NCBI GenBank assembly: GCA_964390725.1
Contig: CAYMIW010000008.1
Location: forward strand, 13,829-77,828
DNA from: an uncultured Syntrophomonadaceae bacterium
GTDB lineage: Bacteria; Bacillota; Dethiobacteria; DTU022
DNA length: 64,000 nt
Reading direction: 5' to 3'
Under the pieces are notes generated by a model, which did not search any database, had not been told where the DNA came from, and worked only from the letters and a program-made list of their open reading frames with translations. Both the position numbers and the translations under genes were made by a program. Of this stretch, positions 59,723 to 64,000 are shown one piece after another. Every line of letters starts with the position of its first letter. Within the stretch, counting starts at the first letter, position 1.

Positions 59723-60037
59723 GAATAAACCCCTCTGAATTTTTCTGAAACATGTATATGAAACAGTCAAACATTTATTCTCTCCGAACAACCGATTTCC
59801 TGCCTGTGAGAATGTTTTTATGCAACAATTCAATAAATAAATATGATATGAAAAACAACTTGACAGGAAAGCAAAAATGGTAAAAAATAAACAGGATAAG
59901 TTGTTGTTTTTTTGCTTTTATCATTTTTTTAAACCACGATTTCTATTCGTGATGTATTTTTTTGTTTTTTTATTGTGAATACATTAACTTGTTTAATATG
60001 CTTTTATAGTAAATGATTTATTAGTTGTGCAACAAAT

Positions 60038-60463
60038 ATGGGCTTGGGAAAGGAGGAGACAGAAGAAGTGCATGATTATGTTACAAGGGTTGTTTTTCGT
60101 TATATGCTTCTTTTTGTTCTTCTTTACGGGGCATATGTGATTATGCATGGCCACCTCTCGCCCGGAGGGGGTTTTTCGGGCGGAATGATCATCGGTTTGG
60201 GTCTTCTGCTGTACATTCTTATATTCGGGCAGCTGTGGAACGACAGCTTCAGGCAGATGATTATTGATGCCACGATTATTTTTGTTGGTATCGGAGGTAT
60301 ACTTGAGGTGTCAAAATTCTTAATTCCCCATGAACACGGACCTATAGGAGTTACAGGCACCTTATTTAGCGTGGGGATTATATCCGTTGCCAATTTCGGG
60401 ATAGGGGTTCTAGTGGCGAGCACCATCATTGCCATATATTACATGATCAGTGAGGAGGCCTAG
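60038..60463 (+). CDS. MnhB/MrpB-like small membrane subunit
   Basis: 141 aa with the HGHLSPGGGFSGGMIIG motif typical of the MnhB domain. The start is uncertain: ATG 60038 has no RBS; GTG 60068 follows AAGGAGGA. Confidence 0.7.
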   Translation: MGLGKEETEEVHDYVTRVVFRYMLLFVLLYGAYVIMHGHLSPGGGFSGGMIIGLGLLLYILIFGQLWNDSFRQMIIDATIIFVGIGGILEVSKFLIPHEHGPIGVTGTLFSVGIISVANFGIGVLVASTIIAIYYMISEEA

Positions 60464-60465
60464 CC

Positions 60466-60825
60466 GTGGATCTTGAGTTGCTCTATATGAATTTTCCTTA
60501 TTTTGTTGCAATCATACTTTTTTCGATGGGCACCCTGATTGTTCTAACTCAAACCAACCTGATTAAAAAAATTATCGGTATAAACATATTGCAAAGTGCA
60601 ATTTTTCTTTTTTTTATAACCGTTGGAAATATTCATGGCGGAGTTCCCCCCATTTATGATCCTAATCTCACCGACGTTCTCTATATCAACCCGCTTCCTT
60701 CAACTTTAATGCTGACAGGAATCGTGGTCAGTTTCAGTGTTACAGCATTTGCACTTGCATTAATTGTAAAACTCTATCTTTTTTATGGAACTATCTGTGC
60801 TCCTAACTTTATGAAATTGAAGTAG
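60466..60825 (+). CDS. mrpC: MrpC/NuoK-like small membrane subunit
   Basis: 119 aa, 3 TM helices. It resembles NuoK/MnhC. GTG start is preceded by GAGGAGG. Confidence 0.75.
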   Translation: MDLELLYMNFPYFVAIILFSMGTLIVLTQTNLIKKIIGINILQSAIFLFFITVGNIHGGVPPIYDPNLTDVLYINPLPSTLMLTGIVVSFSVTAFALALIVKLYLFYGTICAPNFMKLK

Positions 60826-60840
60826 AGGTGAACCCCTGAG

Positions 60841-62367
60841 ATGGTATCGGTGTTGAAACTGCCTTTTTTATGTATCATTGGTACTTTAATAGCTGCATTC
60901 TGTATGCCTGTTTTAGCGAGATGGAAAAGAAATTTATGTGCTCCGCTGGCAACTTTTGTTACGGGCATAGTTTTTATAACCACTATTGTTATTGCATACC
61001 ATGTAATGAACGGTGAACCGATTCGTTATGCAGTTTCAGGCTGGGCCCCCCCCTGGGGGATTGAGCTTGTTGTCGAATCTCTTTCAAGCATGATGCTAAT
61101 GCTGATCGCGGGCATTTGCTTTTTAATTCTTATTTACTCTTTTTCCGCCGTAAAACATGAAATGGAAAGCAATATCATCGGCTGGTATTATACTGCTTTT
61201 CTTATAACCATGGCCGGCATGATGGGCCTGATTGTATCCAACGACATTTTTAACTTTTATGTTTTTATAGAGGTCACCGGAATTGGTGCCTGCTCGCTGG
61301 TTGCAGCAAAAGGAACCCGTCAGGCTACTGAAGCCGCCCTTAAGTACCTCTTGCTGGCAACAATAGGATCCGGCTTTATTCTGTTTGGGATCGGTTTTAT
61401 TTATATGATCACCGGACACCTAAACCTAACCTTTATTGCGGCTGAATTGGCTGAAGTAAAAGATTCTTACCCCTTCCTGATTTGGACTGCACTCAGTTTC
61501 TTTACTGTTGGTTTTGGGGTTAAATCTGCTCTCTTCCCACTGCATCTCTGGCTTCCAGATGCTCACTCATCGGCTGCATCTCCTTCAAGTGCGGTTCTCT
61601 CAAGTCTCGTGGTTAAAGTTTACATAATTGCCTTTTTAAAAATATTATTCATTGCCTTTGGGTTAGATATATTTCATGAGACTTTTATCCGTCATTTGAT
61701 CATAATCCTATCAGTTATCGCGATGCTGGCCGGTTCTTTCTTTGCTTTTGTTCAGATCGAATTGAAAAGACGCCTGGCTTATTCAACCGTTGCCCAGGTT
61801 GGTTATGTATTTCTCGGCATCGGACTGGGCACACCCTGGGGTCTGGCAGCCGGCATGCTTCACATTGTTGTTCATGCTTTTATGAAAACCTGTCTCTTCC
61901 TTACAGCCGGAGCTTTTTATTATCAGACCGGAATTAAAAAGGTAAACCAGTTTGCCGGGATGGGTTACAAGATGCCTATAACTATGGGTGCATTTACTAT
62001 AGCCGCCTTATCCATGGTCGGAATACCTCTTTTGGGCGGTTTCATCAGTAAATATGGGCTGGCTCTTGGAAGCCTGGAAGCTAATCTTCCCCTGGTTATT
62101 GTTGTAATCATAATTAGCGGCCTGCTCAATGCAACTTATTACTTTCCTATTATTGGTCAGGCATATTTTTCACAGGAAGAAGCAGATGGCCATCATGATC
62201 AAAACAGTCACGGGCATAGTGGGGAAGCTAAAAAGTTTAAACTTGACCAGGTGCCCCTGAGCATGCTTGTTCCGATCGTTATCCTGGCCCTGGGAGTAAT
62301 CTATTTGGGAATATTCCCCGGTATTTTGCTCAACTTTATCAATAAAACAGTAACAGCCCTGCTATAA
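60841..62367 (+). CDS. MrpD/NuoN-family antiporter-like subunit (508 aa), the sixth paralog, with a His-rich C-terminal loop
   Basis: LHLWLPDAHSSAASPSSAVLSS and HIVVHAFMKTCLFLTAG motifs. The C-terminus carries DGHHDQNSHGHSGE. Confidence 0.85.
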   Translation: MVSVLKLPFLCIIGTLIAAFCMPVLARWKRNLCAPLATFVTGIVFITTIVIAYHVMNGEPIRYAVSGWAPPWGIELVVESLSSMMLMLIAGICFLILIYSFSAVKHEMESNIIGWYYTAFLITMAGMMGLIVSNDIFNFYVFIEVTGIGACSLVAAKGTRQATEAALKYLLLATIGSGFILFGIGFIYMITGHLNLTFIAAELAEVKDSYPFLIWTALSFFTVGFGVKSALFPLHLWLPDAHSSAASPSSAVLSSLVVKVYIIAFLKILFIAFGLDIFHETFIRHLIIILSVIAMLAGSFFAFVQIELKRRLAYSTVAQVGYVFLGIGLGTPWGLAAGMLHIVVHAFMKTCLFLTAGAFYYQTGIKKVNQFAGMGYKMPITMGAFTIAALSMVGIPLLGGFISKYGLALGSLEANLPLVIVVIIISGLLNATYYFPIIGQAYFSQEEADGHHDQNSHGHSGEAKKFKLDQVPLSMLVPIVILALGVIYLGIFPGILLNFINKTVTALL

Positions 62368-62391
62368 CAAAGCAGGTTGGAGGTGATCACC

Positions 62392-62907
62392 ATGCTTGAT
62401 AGAATGAAAAACGATGTGATGGGCTCAATGTTCATCTTTACCTTGATGATGGCTTTTTGGTTGCTAATATCGGCAAGCGTGCACTGGCAGCATATTCTGG
62501 CTGGAGCAGTGTTCAGTATTATCCTAACCTTATTCTGGAGCAACCTGCATATATCTTCAGAACATGTAACAAACTTTACAATCAGGCAAGGCTATTTACT
62601 ATTTAAATACTTTATTAAGCTGGGAATCGAAGTAGTTATCGCTAATATAAATGTAGCCATGATAGTCCTGAATCCCAAACTACCCATTTCACCGGGTATC
62701 GTAATCATGCGCTGCGATTTGGAACGTGCACTGCTCAGGGTATTGTATGTAAACTCAATTACTCTTACGCCTGGCACTATAACAGTTGAACTTGAAGATA
62801 ACTTGCTTATAGTGCACGCCCTGACAGAGGACGTTGCCCACGGAATTGAAGATTGGGAGCTTAACCGCAGGCTGATGGAAATGGAGGCCTTATACAAAAA
62901 TGATTAA
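62392..62907 (+). CDS. mrpE: Na+/H+ antiporter subunit E (MrpE/MnhE)
   Basis: MnhE-like sequence (two N-terminal TM helices, ...TLTPGTITVELEDNLLIVHAL). ATG at 62392 follows GGAGGTGA. Confidence 0.8.
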   Translation: MLDRMKNDVMGSMFIFTLMMAFWLLISASVHWQHILAGAVFSIILTLFWSNLHISSEHVTNFTIRQGYLLFKYFIKLGIEVVIANINVAMIVLNPKLPISPGIVIMRCDLERALLRVLYVNSITLTPGTITVELEDNLLIVHALTEDVAHGIEDWELNRRLMEMEALYKND

Positions 62908-63166
62908 CACAGTCCTTTACATTATAGTTATCGGTCAAATCTTGTTTTCTCTGCTGGCTATCCTAAGAGCTTACAGTGGGCCTACGGTGCTGGACAGGGT
63001 TGTAGCCATGAATGTTATCACTACAAACGTCGTTATTATTCTTTTAATCTTTGCTTTCATAGATAACAGCTATTACTATATAGATGTAGCATTTGTCTTC
63101 GTCCTCGGTTCATTTATCGGAACGCTTTGTATTCTGAAATTGCTTCGCGAGGGGCACATTATTTAG
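62900..63166 (+). CDS. mrpF: Na+/H+ antiporter subunit F (MrpF/MnhF)
   Basis: 88 aa with the LRAYSGPTVLDRVVAMNVITTNVVIILLIF motif. Confidence 0.8.
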   Translation: MINTVLYIIVIGQILFSLLAILRAYSGPTVLDRVVAMNVITTNVVIILLIFAFIDNSYYYIDVAFVFVLGSFIGTLCILKLLREGHII

Positions 63167-63177
63167 AGGTGATCAGT

Positions 63178-63570
63178 ATGGTTTATGAATATATTGCTAT
63201 ATTTTTTCTTTTTGGCGGTTTTTTCTTCCTTGTCGTCGGGGTGCTTGGTCTGATCAGGCTGCCTGATGTATACACGCGTATGCATGCGTTAGGCAAATGC
63301 GATACCCTTGGCACAGGTATGGTTTTAATCGGACTCATGCTGTTGGTTCGCGATGTCACTAACATTACTAAACTTATACTTATTATGGCAATGATTATTA
63401 CAATAAACCCTGTCGTAACCCACCTTATAGCAAAAACGGCTTACAACAGGGGTACCCCAATGGTAGAAGGAAGTTATGTTATTAACGATTATGTTGCTTC
63501 GCAACGCCGCAGGAGAAAAAGTCAGGTGGATAGCAAGCTTTCCCAGGAAGGGGGAGAAAAGCTGAAGTGA
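63178..63570 (+). CDS. mrpG: Na+/H+ antiporter subunit G (MrpG/MnhG). Start at the internal MVYEYI.
   Basis: GVLGLIRLPDVYTRMHALGKCDTLG motif. AGAGGTGA RBS lies before the ATG at 63178. Confidence 0.8.
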   Translation: MVYEYIAIFFLFGGFFFLVVGVLGLIRLPDVYTRMHALGKCDTLGTGMVLIGLMLLVRDVTNITKLILIMAMIITINPVVTHLIAKTAYNRGTPMVEGSYVINDYVASQRRRRKSQVDSKLSQEGGEKLK

Positions 63571-63806
63571 TAGATTTACTAATTGTATTAATGCTGTTAA
63601 TTTTAATCGCCACCACCCTTTCAATATTTATTTTTAATGATCTGCTATATATTGCGATCATTTTTGGTGCATACAGCATGGTTATGTCATTAATCTGGCA
63701 GCAGTTAAACTCGCCCGATTTAGCCATTACGGAAGCCGCGGTTGGAATCGGGATGACAGTTTTAATGGTAACCGTGGTCACCAAGGTTGGGAGGCGTCCG
63801 CAATAA
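63567..63806 (+). CDS. DUF4040 / MrpA-C-terminal-like (MbhD-like) small membrane subunit
   Basis: 79 aa, 3 TM helices. It resembles the DUF4040 domain found N-terminal to the MnhB region in MrpA and as separate MbhD-type proteins. Confidence 0.55.
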   Translation: MIDLLIVLMLLILIATTLSIFIFNDLLYIAIIFGAYSMVMSLIWQQLNSPDLAITEAAVGIGMTVLMVTVVTKVGRRPQ

Positions 63807-64000
63807 TGAGCACAAAAAGAATTATTTTTTATGCGATGTCAGTTGTTCTTGTTACATTGATTTCGTTTATGCTAATGCTGGCTGTGACTGAAATGCCGGT
63901 TTACGGAAATTTAGATAACCCTACCAATAACATGGTTTACGAAAGATATGTTAACAAGAGCGTTGAAGAAAGCGGCGGCACAAACATCGTGGCTAATATT
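63806..64000 (+). CDS. MnhB-like small membrane subunit, 3'-truncated by the window end
   Basis: ATG at 63806 and an open frame to the window end. MSTKRIIFYAMSVVLVTLISFMLMLAVTEMPVYGNLDNPTNNMVYERYVNKSVEESGGTNIVANI resembles the start of MrpB/MbhE proteins. Not in the ORF track, because no stop codon lies in the window. Confidence 0.5.
   Translation, partial: MSTKRIIFYAMSVVLVTLISFMLMLAVTEMPVYGNLDNPTNNMVYERYVNKSVEESGGTNIVANI

Overview
The window is a 64-kb chromosomal segment from a low-GC Gram-positive (Firmicutes-type) anaerobe. It is probably a halophile. The evidence for that is indirect: a D/E/N-rich low-complexity tail on a membrane protein, plus Trk/Ktr K+ uptake genes and a very large Mrp Na+/H+ antiporter-like gene set. 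Positions 5.6 to 20.7 kb hold the canonical Firmicutes housekeeping array on the minus strand: yceD-rpmF-plsX-acpP-rnc-smc-ftsY-ylxM-ffh-rpsP-KH-rimM-trmD-rplS-lepB-rbgA-rnhB-yraN. A second conserved minus-strand block covers thrS-infC-rpmI-rplT-ktrB-ktrA-rRNA methylase, then a T-box leader, pheS-pheT-zapA-cvpA-mpg-mutS2. Other elements are a liv-type branched-chain amino-acid ABC operon, a DUF2207-LemA pair, a DRG/TGS GTPase, and an isolated tRNA-Val(GAC) with its own promoter and terminator. The most unusual feature is the last 13 kb. It holds a divergently organised Mrp-like supercluster with six NuoL/M/N-family large antiporter subunits. Five sit in tandem on the minus strand, two of them long forms with C-terminal extensions of about 230 aa. 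One large subunit sits on the plus strand together with mrpC/E/F/G and several split MnhB-like small subunits, and this operon runs off the window end. Genes missed by the ORF track are a rubredoxin (GTG start, correct frame differs from the listed ORF) and rpmF (58 aa, GTG start). infC appears to use an AUU start, and yraN lacks any canonical start. A degraded MMPL / YhgE-Pip-like locus separates comM from rnhB-yraN, which suggests a local rearrangement. No CRISPR array, rRNA, transposase or integrase was seen.
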